Source: Eledone cirrhosa (lineage: Eukaryota). Taken from it: a stretch of 64,000 bases of DNA. Shown in pieces: positions 49,937-62,625 of the stretch. The stretch lies in NCBI GenBank assembly GCA_964016885.1, contig OZ024741.1, positions 14,446,001 through 14,510,000 of the forward strand. The letters run 5' to 3'. Within the stretch, counting starts at the first letter, position 1. Each line of letters begins with the position of its first letter. The notes beneath the pieces are model-generated. The model saw only the letters and a list, made by a program, of their open reading frames with translations, was not told the origin of the DNA and searched no databases. The translations under genes were made by a program, and so were the position numbers.

Positions 49937-50579
49937 AATAGTATATACATATATATATATATATATAAATATATGTGTGTGTGTGTGTGTGTGTGTGTAT
50001 GTACGTATATGTGTGTGCGCATGTGTATATACATGTATGTACACATGCATGTGTGTATATTTACGTGTGAGTGTGTGTGTAAGTGTGTGAGGGTAAGAGC
50101 TTGTTAGGGAGCATGCATCTCTATGTTGAAGATCATAAAAAAAACTGACCGTGGATTATACTATAGAGAAGACTATAAATGGTAATATAAAGGTATTTTT
50201 ATGACCAGTGTACCCCAGCTCCCTCCTTCTATCTCTCTACTTCACACACACATCCCAGCGGCCCCATCTATCTCTCTAGCTTAGACACACACACCCTCCT
50301 ATCTCTCTACCTCAGATCAGGGCATCCTTATAGTGACCCGTGTATAGACCTTACACTAGATAACATCTGTGTCTCACACACAATAGTTGATCATAAAGGT
50401 CGCTAAACACAGATCTTCGTTCACAACACATCTTCACCTGATTATTGAGAATAGCATAACTTAAGGTTGTCGGTGTAGTAGCAGTTGATGTTGTTGTTGT
50501 TGTTGCGATGCAAGTAGTAATAGTCGTCATTTTGTGCATAGATACATACGTACATACATACGTACATACATATTTATGC

Positions 50580-50630
<51 letters not shown>

Positions 50631-50642
50631 TATATATATATA

Positions 50643-50698
<56 letters not shown>

Positions 50699-50700
<2 letters not shown>

Positions 50701-50730
50701 TAGCCGAATTACCCACGCCTTGCTGCGTTT
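50699..50730 (-). mobile_element. Possible Helitron 3' terminus (short GC hairpin + CTAGT) abutting (TA)n
   Basis: The minus strand reads cgcagcaaggcgtgggtaattcggCTAGT|atatat. The 5' end was not identified. Confidence 0.35.
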
Positions 50731-51179
50731 CACACATTTTTTGTAAGAAAATGATGATTGATTTTAAATCAGGGATATAATTTATGGAGAAAAACTCTGC
50801 ATTTCAATATTACTCAATGTAAAATGTAATGCATGAAAAATGTTTGTAATATATCAAATCAAAATTACATTATTAAATCTTATTCTTATTTTGTTTCTTG
50901 TAAATAATTTTTTTCAAAATATCAATTCAAAACTTTTGTGAATAGGCATCATATCTTGTCATTTACCTATGGTTTAAATTTCATATAAATCGAAGGGGTT
51001 TGTGCCCGCGGCGGGAACTCTTTGATTAAAATGAAATATACTTATCCAAGTACCCTGGGCAATGTACTTTCAGAATATATATGGTTATTGGGGGGGGGGG
51101 GGCTATCTCTAAAACGATAGTAGGAGTTCGTGAACAAACAAACAAAAAAAGACAGGAATACAACTTTATATATATAGAT

Positions 51180-51266
<87 letters not shown>

Positions 51267-51268
51267 TA

Positions 51269-51307
<39 letters not shown>

Positions 51308-51390
51308 GTGTGTGTGTATACTTTTTATTAAGGCTATATTGTGAATTCTTGTCTGCTGACCCTGTCATAAACAGGCGAAACTCTAGAGTA

Positions 51391-52262
51391 ACAAGACATA
51401 ATGGTATACCCCTGCGTAATTAACAAACAATCAATTAACCATTGATAGTCAAGAACATGTACTCAGGGATATCCCACGCACGGATACTTTACACACATAC
51501 AGCAGGATAAATAATACAGGTGACCTTGTGGGCGCGATATCCATTATGCGTATGTAGCCATCTGCATAGCTCCAGGCACATTTGGTCTTGTTTAAAAGTT
51601 CAGAGTTCACGAATCAACTGGGATTCACTATCATCTGCGTGGACTCTCTGGGAAATGTACCTGTGGATCAAATAGCTAGTGGTTGCTGGGTGTGGTCCGT
51701 TCGATCTTTTAGTTTCGGGGATTGCACGCTGCCGGTCTCGATGCATAGGATGTATTGGTTTACATGCTATATTGGTAAAAAAACCAGTGTGGATTTGACT
51801 GGGGTGGTATACTACGAACTCCAAGCACACACGCGACTGGTCAAATGCGAAGGGCTGTCACCTCTTTGTTTGTTGTAGGGGTCGGTTCCAGCTTAGATGT
51901 TGGTCGTGTTATCCATATTGCGTCAGCCATGCACATCCAAGACAGGTCTGTATATATTTGCAGGTATGGTCCGGCGTCTACGCTATCCAAAGGGTCTCTC
52001 TTGTGTTATTTTCAAGTTCGTTTGTCATCTCCCGGTTAAGACTATCCGGATATCCCTGACTACATGTTCTTGACTATCAATGGTTAATTGATTGTTTGTT
52101 AATTACGCAGGGGTATACCATTATGTCTTTGTTAATCATATATGATGCTGTATGGGTGTAAAGTATCCGAGAGCGGGATATCCCTGAGCTAATTTTGCTT
52201 AACTGTTAATTGTTTATTGATTTTTTGTTAATTAGGCAGGAATATATTATTATGTCTTTGTT
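51391..52262. mobile_element. Inverted-repeat-bounded non-autonomous element (MITE-like), right end tandemly duplicated
   Basis: 51391-51474 is the reverse complement of 52048-52133; 51391-51505 also matches a more diverged 52145-52262. Confidence 0.65.
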
Positions 52263-53359
52263 AATCCTGTATCAATAATTTTATAGTAATTTTTTTAATC
52301 CTGTGTCAATAGTTTTATGATAATTTTGTAATAATTTTATAATAATTTTATAATAATTTTGTGATAATTTTATAATAATTTTTTGATAGTACATTATTAG
52401 CTTACTGAAGCTACCTTATACCTTCTTAAAAATACATTTTATAATTATTGTTTTTTAAAAATACATTTTATAATTACTGTCTTTTTGCTTATGTATTTTC
52501 TCATAATTTTCTTTAATCTTGCCCAACTTGATAAGCTCTTTGAATTGCTCCCTAATTAAATTACTTAAATTACTTAAATTATTTTATCTATTATAACTAA
52601 GTTGTATCTGTTGAACCAGCCCTTTGAAAATTTCTCGGATATCCCAAATACCGTAATTTTTAACTTTTAATTTATAATTTTCCCCAATTCGTTTATACAT
52701 ATCCTTAAAGGCTCTCTAAAATGTTTATTCTTCGAAGGGTCTCTCGGAGGAGGTTCCTATTAAAAATATTAAAGGGGCCTTTTCTGAGGGGTTTATTGAA
52801 GGCTTTTTGAATTAACCTTTAATTGATTAGTTTCTTTCAACTTAGCAGGGATTATCAAAATTCGTAAATTTTCTGAAATTTTTTAACGAGATCTCTGGGG
52901 AAGAAAGTTTTTTTCTTTCGAAAGAAATGTTTTTCTCTCGAGGGAACTTCTTGGGAAACTTTATAGTTTTTAGGGAAACTTTATATCTTTATTTTTTTAT
53001 TTTATTAGTCTCTTAATCTCTTCTAGTTTGTTAAATTTATTGGGGCTTGTAAGCTTTATGCACTTATTGAGGGATTTTTTAGGGTGCTTCTACGAGATCC
53101 CAAGTCTTTTACTTTTAATACGTAAATTATAAATTATCAAATGTTTAACCTTCAATCCCTGACTCTCAGGACATTTTCAAATTCTCTTAACTCCCTATAA
53201 CCCATCCCTTTTACAATTCCGACAACTAATATAAAAGAGCCCCCTTAGAATATAGACCCCAAATATACAAGCGGAGCTGCTGATGTATACCACAATTTCA
53301 AACTGCTAGTCTTAAGTGATACGTTGATGTAAATCATGAACTTACAATCACATGTTATA

Positions 53360-53411
53360 TGCCTTGAAAAGTCCCACCATATGGTCGGACGAAACGGCTG
53401 TCGGCAATAAA
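53360..53411 (+). ncRNA. Minimal type-I hammerhead ribozyme candidate with U3-A8 core variant, followed by AATAAA
   Basis: tgcc-TTGAAAA-gtcc(caccatatggtc)ggac-GAAAC-ggct-GTC-ggca/AATAAA. Confidence 0.65.
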
Positions 53412-53559
53412 CTTGTTATAATGTCATAATAGTTCCTTTGTTCTTTTTCATTAATATTTCTGCTCTGCTTACACGCATAGAGCTTAACTAGCTACCGTCA
53501 AATATTTGGTAGGTTAGACGTGATCATCGCGATTCACATACGACCTACCATACATCTTG

Positions 53560-53670
<111 letters not shown>

Positions 53671-54465
53671 CATTAGCAGCACAATTGAGATGCACAGACA
53701 TATTTACAGAATATTTCGTTTCTTCCTAAAAACATATTCACTGCTTCTGTTACTTTGTGACTACACCTCTCTCTAGATATATACACAATATTTCATTCTC
53801 CAGTCTCCTTCTCAACAAGGAAGATGAAAAAAAACTTACCTCTTTAAACCTTTAATTTTGAGTTATTAATTCTTATTAATTCTCTTTAATTGTAATACTC
53901 AAGATTTGATGAATTTTACTAATACATCCAAACCGGTAATACTTTATATACTTTATATACATTATAAAACTCTTTTTTTAAAAGAATTGTCCCTCTCATT
54001 TCTTGAAAGATGTCATTTTGACGAATCAAAGAAAGCGAAAAAAACAAAAACAGACCCTAGAATATATTTTCCGTGCTATTTCCAATCTCAGCCTTTCATC
54101 ATTAATTATATTGACTAGCAGAAAAACCAGACTTCGGATAGATATGATACATCAAATAAAATCGTAATTGACAATATAGAATAGATAGAAATTGAACGAA
54201 GACTGCGTTACACTGTCTTATGTAATCAGTAACGTAATCTATGATACATTAAAAAAGACGATATTATATATAAACTGCATTAGGAGAAAATTAGTGACGG
54301 AAATATATGAATGTTTATTTAAGCGATCACTAACCGGAAGTGTTGACATTTGAAAATTTTAAAGAAGTGAATCTTTAAAAAACAAAATTATTTTTATTTA
54401 ATCAAGAATAACGAAATTGAGTAGATAAATTATGTAATATTCATTCATTATTTATTCAAAGTAAT

Positions 54466-54656
54466 GGCGGTGGATTGGCAGTATCAGTAGAGAGTCGGAC
54501 GCCAAGCTTTGACGCATAGAGTTACGGCCCTTGCCATTCTGAGTTCAAATCCCGCCGAGGTTGACTTTGCCTTTCATCCTTACGGGGTCGATAAAATAAA
54601 GTACCAGTAATGCACTGGGTAATTGCTGGCCTTGTGCCAAAAGTAGAAACAATAAC
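54466..54656 (+). mobile_element. Full-length SINE-A with 14-bp TSD
   Basis: TSD ttattcaaagtaat at 54452-54465 and 54657-54670; A-box, B-box, core and tail are present. Confidence 0.93.
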
Positions 54657-54820
54657 TTATTCAAAGTAATCCAACTTATTTTACAAACGGGATAAAAAAA
54701 TATATTCTGGACGCAGTCCCGCACTCCTTACATTATTATAGTTTAGATAATGCCACATAGTCATTCTTTACAACACCCACCCGCCCTGCACACACACATA
54801 AATATACACATGCACACACA

Positions 54821-56464
54821 CATCATCATCATTATCATCATCATCGTTTAACGTCCATCTTCCACGCTTGCATGGGTTTGGACGGGAGTTTTCCCACTTG
54901 AGGCAAGGTTGGTTGTCTTGCTCGTATAGGACTGTCTGGCGGATTTTCTACAGCTGGATGCCCTTCCTAACACCAATCACGTTTACAGTGTGGACTGGGA
55001 GGTTTTTACCGGCTACATCCCACTACATCTTTTATGCACCCATACTTTGCATTTGGGACATAAAATGGAGTTTCTGCCTCTCCTTTCCTACACACCGAGC
55101 ATGGCCATTTCCCAGATGGGACCAGTGCCCTATTTTCCTTCCTACAAACTAGAACTTTAGTCTTAGACAGGTTAATTTTAAGGCCTTTTGATTCTAGGCC
55201 ATGCTTCCATGTTTGGAATTTCTTCTCTAGTTCAGTCATTGATTCAGCTATGAGCGTTAGATCATCTGCGTATAGAAGTTCCCATGGGCAGCCGGTCTTG
55301 AACTCCTCTGTTATAGACTGAAGGGCAATAATAAATAGTAGGGGGCTAAGGACGGAGCCCTGATGAACACCAACTTTTACGCTAAACTCTTCACTATATT
55401 CGTTGTTAATTCTAACCTTGCTGACTGTTTCTTTATACATGGCTTGTATAGCTCTCACAAGCCATTCATCAACACCTAGTTTTCTGAGGGCCCACCAGAT
55501 AATCGAGCGGTGTACTCTGTCAAAGGCTTTCTCCAAGTCAACAAAAGCTAAGTATAGGGGTTTACTTTTAGCTAGGTACTTCTCCTGTAGTTGTCGTACA
55601 ATGAAAATAGCGTCTGTTGTACTTTTACCTGACACAAACCCGAACTGCATTTCGTCTAGATCAATTTGCTCTCCGATTAGTTGCACTATTTCTTTTTCTA
55701 TGACCTTCCTGACCTGGTCAATTAATTTAATTCCTCTATAGTTTCCCCCTATCTAGGGCATCTCCTTTACCCTTGTAGCAGTTAATGATGATGCTGCTGC
55801 GCCAGTCCTTCGGAACGACCCCATTCTGTATGACTTGGTTTACTATCCGGGTGACCATAGTGTGTCCCCCCGTTCCAGATGCTTTCAGCATTTCAGCAAC
55901 TATTTCCGAAGGCCCAGCCGCCTTGCCCGTCTTCATGTCTTTGATCGCCTTACTTATTATACTACCTTCAACTTGCACTGCTGGTCCCTCTATTGGATCG
56001 ATGTGGGGGAGACTGTCTTTTTCCCAATTATTCTCCTCATTTAGTAGCCTTTCGTAGTGACACTTCCAAGCTACCTTCTTATCAGCGTCAGTGATAGCAA
56101 GTACACCATCATCATTAAGGACACACTTCTCCCCGATAATTTCACGGTTTTCCATGACACATTGCCTAGCAATCCTGAACACCTCACGTTTTTGGTCCTC
56201 GCGTTGTAGAACATGCATGAACTTTCTTTCCTCTGCTTCCCTTCTTGTGAAGTACACTTGACTTCTAGCTTCCCTCCAGGCCACGTGATAGTCTTCTCTA
56301 CTTCCCCCATCCCGTCATGCTTTCCAAGCCTGCTTTTTGGCCTTGATTGACCCCTCCACCTTACTGTTCCCCCACCAAGTTACTCTCCTCCTGCCTATAC
56401 GTCTGCTCCAGCCACAGGTTTCATCTGTCGACTTCAGCAGGTTAGCTTTCAGGAATTCCCACTG
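54821..56464 (-). mobile_element. 5'-truncated, internally deleted RTE-group (RTEX-like) LINE with PHD-like finger and (GAT)n tail
   Basis: MQFGF..STTDAIF, FVDLEKAFDRV, GVHQGSVLSP, LLYADDL, then CSVC..CPKC.VWVHKRC (one frameshift), joined to a 3' UTR ending acgttaaacgatgatgatg. Confidence 0.88.
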
Positions 56465-56959
56465 TATATATATATATATTCATTAGTTAAGCAAAACAAG
56501 ACCACAAATTTCACAAGGAAGACATTATTAAAAGATTGTCAACATATTTTAGTTTGATGTAAGGAATGTAGAGAATAATAATAATAATAATAATAATAAT
56601 ATTAATAATAATAATAATGTCCGTTTACAATTGTTTCGCTACTCCATATAATATTTCTGGATCAGATGACTATATATCATAATTGATCTGGTTCAGTTGA
56701 AAATAATTAACATATTTAAAATAACACAGCAATTCACCATAATAAACTTAACACTAGAACTAGAAATACCTTAGCATATAGCCAGATTCGCCGGAATTTT
56801 AGAAGTAACAGCACCTATACAGGGAACATTAATGGTGGCAGCGGCCTGCTCCCCAGTCCAAGTAGCAAACTAAAAATCAACCCTAGAATAGGAATGAGAA
56901 ATGGGATGACAAATAACAAATCCCCAGGTAATAATAACCCTAGGAAGGCCCCTACCAAC

Positions 56960-57782
56960 TCCACTAGAACCCCTAGAAGGAATAGACCTAGAAATATCAC
57001 CTGGCGTAACCCCCCATTCTCATATAATCTAGCCACTAATATCCCCAAACGCTTCTTCTCTATCCTATCTAACCCCCCCCCCCAACCATAGATATTACAA
57101 ACTCTTTAATAAAAATAACATTAAAATCTCATTCTCCACAACACCTAACCTAGCTAGCCACATCGCATTCAGTAACCATCATAAACTAAGACAGTATAAC
57201 TCCCACACCGCGATACCACCACCCCTATCAAATACACCACGCCACTACACCAATAATTGCTCTAGTAGCACGCCTCCCCCATCTAATTCTTCTAGCACTG
57301 ACCTACCCATTAGGTTAAACTACCCTACTCTCACTAACCGCAGGAGCAACTGCAACTGCCGTTACCCTAATGCATGCCCATTAAATGGACACTGCCTGAC
57401 ACCCAACATAGTCTATAGGTGCACAGTTAAAACTGCTTCGAATACCAGCTCTTATATCGGGTCTACCTCTAACCCTTTTAAGGTACGCTATAACGCGCAC
57501 TCTTTTTCCTTCCGAGACCCTAGCAACAGATGTTCGACATCGCTAGCTAGGCTCATTAAAAACCTTAAATTAAACAACGTTCAACACTCACTAAAATGGG
57601 ATATCGTGGCTAGGGCCCAACCGTTCAATGGACGAAGAAAATCTTGTGATCTCTGTATTACAGAAGCATATTACATAACTCTATCACGACCTCTACCGAT
57701 TAACGATAGAACGGAGGTAACTATTAGCTGTCAACATTGAAGGGCTAATTCCTTCGCCAATAGAATATTTGACCCAACTTAG
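56960..57782 (+). pseudogene. PLE ORF C-terminus: thumb/linker + GIY-YIG endonuclease (frameshift ~57080, TGA at 57738)
   Basis: RNITWRNPPFS..TNI / HRYYKLFNKNNIKISFS / CNCRYPNACPLNGHCL..NIVY / YIGST..FKVRYNAH / LKWDIV / CDLCITE. Mostly missing from the ORF track because it lacks a start codon. Confidence 0.85.
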
Positions 57783-58163
57783 TCATCTAGCCCCATTTTT
57801 ACTTGTAGCTAATAAGTTAAATTGCTATGAACAACTTGGATAATGATAAGTTACCTCCCCTACATTGTCTCTCAATTAAAAAATTTAAAAATTAGCACTT
57901 AACTATAAATACCCACAACTTCTAATCTCTCGAGGAGTTACTTCCCCTGAAACCACCCTCTAATTAGTAAGGTAAATATGTCCTTTGGCAGCCATCTTGT
58001 TACCGATAGGCAGATCTCACACAATGCAGCCTCGACAGATGAATACGGCTTGATTATGGCTGACAACTGATCCAACCAAGACACCATAGTAAAAAAACCA
58101 ATATATGGAACATTATATTATGTAACATTCTTTCAATATTTTAATTTATATTCCTTTGAAGTT

Positions 58164-58284
58164 CTGATGAGCCGCTCTGTCTTTTAAATATGTTAATTAT
58201 TTTCAACTGAACCAGATCAATTATGATATATAGTCATCTGATCCAGAAATATCATATGGAGTAGCGAAACAATTGTAAATGGAC
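58164..58284 (+). ncRNA. Hammerhead-like motif with long stem-II insertion in the PLE pseudo-LTR
   Basis: CTGATGA-gccgctc ... gagtagc-GAAAC-aatt-GTA; stem I is weak. Confidence 0.45.
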
Positions 58285-58312
58285 ATTATTATTATTAATA
58301 TTATTATTAATA

Positions 58313-58498
58313 AGGGCGGTGAATTGGCAGTATCGGTAGAGGGTTGGACGCCATGCTTTCTAGCATAGTTACGTCCATTTACAGTCTGAGTTCAAATCCC
58401 GCCGAGGTTAACTTTGCCTTTCATCCTTACGGGGTCGATGAAATAAAGTACCAGTAATGTACTGGGTAATTGCTGTCCTTGTGCCTAAAGTAGAAACA
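58313..58498 (+). mobile_element. Full-length SINE-A inserted in the (ATT)n tract of the PLE pseudo-LTR
   Basis: attattattaata is duplicated at 58300-58312 and 58499-58511; the SINE is absent from the inverted pLTR copy at 56.6 kb. Confidence 0.92.
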
Positions 58499-58792
58499 AT
58501 TATTATTAATATTATTATTATTATTATTATTCTCTACATTCCTTACATCAAACTAAAATATGTTGACAATCTTTTAATAATGTCTTCCTTGTGAAATTTG
58601 TGGTCTTGTTTTGCTTAACTAATGAATATTTCCAGCTCTGCGCACCTAACTTCTGCATGAACCCAGCCACCTAGCTGCTTTCTACTGCATATTGCACATT
58701 GAGCACATGCCTTTACGCTTTGGCTTCTAACTAATTCACCAATCTCTCCTCTCCTATCTCCATCTCTCTCTTTAAGATTGGTTACTCTTGAA

Positions 58793-58896
<104 letters not shown>

Positions 58897-58960
58897 ATAT
58901 ATTTATATATATATATAGTATAGTTAGTACGGTGAAATACTGGTGCACACACACACACGC

Positions 58961-58999
<39 letters not shown>

Positions 59000-59063
59000 A
59001 ATAACTATAGAGAGAGAACTATATAAATACATATATATACATACGTACATACATACATACATA

Positions 59064-59146
<83 letters not shown>

Positions 59147-59334
59147 AAACACACACACACACACTACACACACACATACACATATATTTATATATATATA
59201 CACATACATTTGTAAATCTCTATGAACAGGTGACTTCTTATTCACATCTCTATATTGTAAATCTACAGAGATGTATCAGGCGTTGCTAGATAATATAAGT
59301 GGCAATATATTTCGACATCTATTTTATTCTGAAA

Positions 59335-59982
59335 TCACAAACACACACACACACACCCGGACACAGACAAACACACACACACCAACACACATAAATACAC
59401 ACAAACGCACACCAACGCAGACAAACACACACCAACACACAAAAACAAACACACACCAATAAACACACATAAACACACACAAAAACACACAAACAGACAA
59501 AAACAAACACACATAACCACACACAAACACACACAAACACACAAACAAACACACATAAACACACACAAACACACACAAACAAACACACATAAACACCCAC
59601 AAATACACACAAACACACAAAAACACACACAAACAAACATACATAAACACACACAAACACACACAAACACACACAAATAAAAACATACATAAACACACAC
59701 AAACACACACAAACACACACAAACACAGACAAACACACACAAACAAACACACATAAACACGCAAACACACAAACAAACACACATAAAGACACACAAACAC
59801 ACAAACAAACACACATAAACACACACACACACAAACACACACAAACACACACAAACAAACACACATAAACACACATAAACACACACAAACACACACACAA
59901 ACAAAAACACAAACACACACACACACACACAAAAACAAACACACATAAACACATATAAACACACACAAACACACACAAACAC

Positions 59983-60017
<35 letters not shown>

Positions 60018-60600
60018 CAAACAAACACACATAAACACACACAAACACACACACAAACACTCAAACAAACATAAACACACACAAACACACATAAACACAC
60101 ACAAACACACACACAAACACACATAAACACACACAATCACACACAGACACAGACAAACATACACCAACATTCACAAGCACTCGCAAATACATACAAGTAC
60201 ATACACATGCATGCAAACACTCAAACACACACAGACAGAAACACTCAGAAATATATACAAATATATACATACACACACACTCACGAATATATACAAATAT
60301 ACACACACACTCACAAATATATACAATACACACTCACAAATATACAAATATACACACACATTGAGAAATATATAGAAATATACACACACACACTCACAAA
60401 TATATACAAATATACACACACACTCACGAATATATACAAATATACACATACACTCACAAATATATACAAATATACACACACACTCACAAATATATACAAA
60501 TATACACAGAGATTCCGAAATATATAGAAATATACACTCACAAATATATACAAATATACACACACACTCACAAATATATACAAATATACAACAGTTGGAC
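59335..60600. repeat. Degenerate (CA)-rich array grading into ~26-bp units (acacacactcacaaatatatacaaat)
   Basis: Visible directly. Confidence 0.9.
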
Positions 60601-60682
60601 AAATATATATATTGTAAAAGACAATAAATAGTTTAATACATTCCTATGTTTTATAGCTGAAGGCAACCTTTACATATCTACT

Positions 60683-60780
<98 letters not shown>

Positions 60781-60984
60781 CATACATACATACATACATA
60801 CATACATACATACATACACACATAGATACATGTATAGATACATGTATAGATACATATATATATATATATATACATATACATACATGCATACATACAAATA
60901 CATACATACATGTATACATACTTACATACATAAACATATACACATATATAAACACCATATAATTTTCACTTTATCTTTATAAAC

Positions 60985-61245
60985 ATGGCTGTGTAGTTAA
61001 GGAGTCTATTTTCTAAGCAAGTTGTTCCGTGTTCGAGCCCACAACTTCGTACTATTGTGTATTAACATAATGTCGAGTTGAAGAATGTCTTGTGAGTAAA
61101 ACTTGTTAGAATCGTGCCTCAGTGTATTTACATATATACACCGCTTTAAAACTGGTGCTGTTGGATTGTCACGTAATGTGTGATTTACAGGCGAAAGGTA
61201 AATAAAAATATGAATCAGACTTTAAAATATATATTGTGGTCGGCA
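60985..61245 (+). mobile_element. Old tRNA-derived SINE (second family) leading into the 52-bp array
   Basis: A-box-like tggctgtgtagttaa and B-box-like gtgttcgagccc; highly degenerate. Confidence 0.45.
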
Positions 61246-62625
61246 TGATGGAGTGATCCCTTACAGGTACTGCCTCAGCAGAGGACTGGGCTCAGCATGA
61301 TGGACTAAACCCTTACAGATACTGCCCCAGCAGAGTACTGGGCTCAGCATGATGGAGTGACTCCTCAGAGGTACTGTCCCAGCAGAGTACTGGGCTCAGC
61401 ATGATGGAGTGACCCCTTACAGGTACTGCCTCAACTGAGTACTGGGCTCAGCATGATGGAGTGACTCCTTACAGGTACTGCCCCAGCAGAGTACTGGGCT
61501 CAGCATGATGGAGTGACCCCTTACAGGTACTGCCCCAGCAGAGTACTAGGCTCAGCATGATGGAGTGACTCCTTACAGGTACTGCCTCAGCTGAGTACTA
61601 GGCTCAGCATAATGGAATGACCCCTTACAGGTACTGCCTCAGCTGAGTACTGGGATCAGCATAATGGAATGACCCCTTACAGGTACTGCCTCAGCTGAGT
61701 ACTGGGATCAGCATAATGGAATGACCCCTTACAGGTACTGCCTCAGCTGAGTACTGGGCTCAGCATGATGGACTAAACCCTTACAGATACTGCCTCAGCT
61801 GAGTACTAGGCTCAGCATGATGGAGTGACCCCTTACAGGTACTGCCTCAGCAGAGGACTGGGCTCAGCATGATGGACTAAACCCTTACAGATACTTCCCC
61901 AGCAGAGTACTGGGCTCATCATGATGGACTAAACCCTTACAGATACTTCCCCAGCAGATTACTGGGCTCAGCATGATGGAGTGACCCCTTACAGATACTG
62001 CCCCAGCAGAGTACTGGGCTCAGCATGATGGAGTGACCCCTTACAGGTACTGCCCCAGCAGAGTACTGGGCTCAGCATGATGGAGTGACCCCTTACAGGT
62101 ACTGCCTCAGCAGAGGACTGGGCTCAGCATGATGGACTAAACCCTTACAGATACTTCCCCAGCAGAGTACTGGGCTCATCATGATGGACTAAACCCTTAC
62201 AGATACTTCCCCAGCAGATTACTGGGCTCAGCATGATGGAGTGACCCCTTACAGATACTGCCCCAGCAGAGTACTGGGCTCAGCATGATGGAGTGACTCC
62301 TTACAGGTACTGCCCCAGCAGAGTACTGGGCTCAGCATGATGGAGTGACCCCTTACAGGTACTGCCCCAGCAGAGTACTGGGCTCAGCATGAGGGAGTGA
62401 CCCCTTACAGGTACTGCCCCAGCAGAGTACTGGGCTCAGCATGATGGAGTGACCCCTTACAGGTACTGCCCCAGCAGAGTACTGGGCTCAGCATTATGGA
62501 GTGACCCCTTACAGGTACTGCCTCAGCAGAGGACTGGGCTCAGCATGATGGAGTGACCCCTTACAGGTACTGCCCCAGCAGAGTACTGGGCTCAGCATTA
62601 TGGAGTGACCCCTTACAGGTACTAC
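61243..62625. repeat. 52-bp tandem array (~26 units) with 260-bp higher-order duplication
   Basis: Unit ggctcagcatgatggagtgaccccttacaggtactgccccagcagagtactg; an identical variant block starts at 61861 and 62121. Confidence 0.95.

Larger units (their letters stand above)
56478..58790 (+). mobile_element. 5'-truncated Penelope-like element with inverted 5' pseudo-LTR
   Basis: 56478-56720 is the reverse complement of 58183-58627 once the SINE is removed; the interior encodes linker plus GIY-YIG. Confidence 0.88.

Noticed and set aside
50355-50437. Possible minus-strand host exon ([31 protein letters not shown]-bounded); similar candidates at ~36479-36534 and ~40495-40607
   Set aside because: Short, could not be chained into a consistent reading frame, and no confidently recognised protein; needs RNA-seq.
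52600-52635. FSKGWFNRY resembling a Tigger/CENP-B HTH motif
   Set aside because: Very short match in a frame closed by nearby stops; no transposase context.
54466-54560. tRNA gene call for SINE heads with A/B boxes
   Set aside because: No convincing cloverleaf; always fused to the SINE core and tail and flanked by TSDs.
57738-57740. In-frame TGA in the PLE ORF as selenocysteine (as in Naiad PLEs)
   Set aside because: It follows the CxH motif rather than replacing a conserved Cys and no SECIS was recognised; more likely a nonsense mutation.
61243-62625. CRISPR-like appearance of the 52-bp array (and the 48-bp array at 63778)
   Set aside because: Units are contiguous with no unique spacers, there are no cas genes, and the context is eukaryotic.
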